A stretch of DNA of 64,000 bases from positions 128,001 to 192,000 of IMG/VR virus record IMGVR_UViG_3300016471_001002. One strand, 5' to 3'. The stretch's first letter is position 1, and each line of letters begins with the position of its first letter. Source of the stretch: a virus. Taxonomy: Duplodnaviria > Caudoviricetes. A model generated the notes under the pieces. That model was not told where the DNA came from, made no database searches, and saw only the letters and a program-made list of their open reading frames with translations. The translations under genes were made by a program, and so were the position numbers. Below are positions 63,791 through 64,000 of this stretch, in pieces.

Positions 63791-63839
63791 AACAGATAAA
63801 TATACCATGTTCCCCCTCTCGGGAGATAAATAAAAGTTC

Positions 63840-63998
63840 TCACTCGACAGGCAAAGGCTTCCAAACAATCTTGTAGACATTAATGTCCCCGAGACCGATA
63901 ACCTCAGCCTCGTCGCTAAATCCTGCAATGTAGTCAAGCTGATACAAGTGTCCGGGACCTGTAACAAACTTATTGGGGTTATCAGCCACCTTGGCGCA
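63840..63998 (-). CDS. 3' end of a gene truncated by the window edge
   Basis: open frame ...YKIVWKPLPVE* followed by a GC hairpin. Confidence 0.45.
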   Translation of the reverse strand, partial: CAKVADNPNKFVTGPGHLYQLDYIAGFSDEAEVIGLGDINVYKIVWKPLPVE

Positions 63999-64000
63999 TA

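Noticed and set aside
1-64000. Alternative genetic code (stop reassignment)
   Set aside because: Long conserved genes are intact in code 11, all three stops terminate genes at expected ends, and no suppressor tRNA is present.

Overview
A 64-kb segment of a large, AT-rich tailed dsDNA (jumbo-like) phage genome read in standard code 11. No integrase, CRISPR array or host core operon is present. (i) 1-17.6 kb holds dense plus-strand operons of tiny ORFs, many from an expanded single-domain SH3/KOW-like family. They are interrupted by three antisense GIY-YIG endonuclease genes and carry a GT51 peptidoglycan transglycosylase. This block is almost free of the trinucleotide GAC/GTC up to about 16.5 kb. 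(ii) 17.7-26.8 kb and 44-49.2 kb encode tail-fibre-like and collagen-repeat virion proteins. (iii) Host-like auxiliary genes include yeaH-spoVR-prkA, groEL, infA, a cysK-like gene, a SpoU methyltransferase, a GT2-methyltransferase fusion, PAP2, a kinase-like protein, DCC1 and several lipoproteins. (iv) There are 11 tRNAs; four have a co-varying non-canonical elbow (A18/G55). About 15 unrelated ORFs share an N-terminal MKIT..QLR.II.EE tag, usually behind a short TANNTA late-type promoter. A high-GC host, possibly myxobacterial, is inferred but not proven. All counts and alignments were made by eye.
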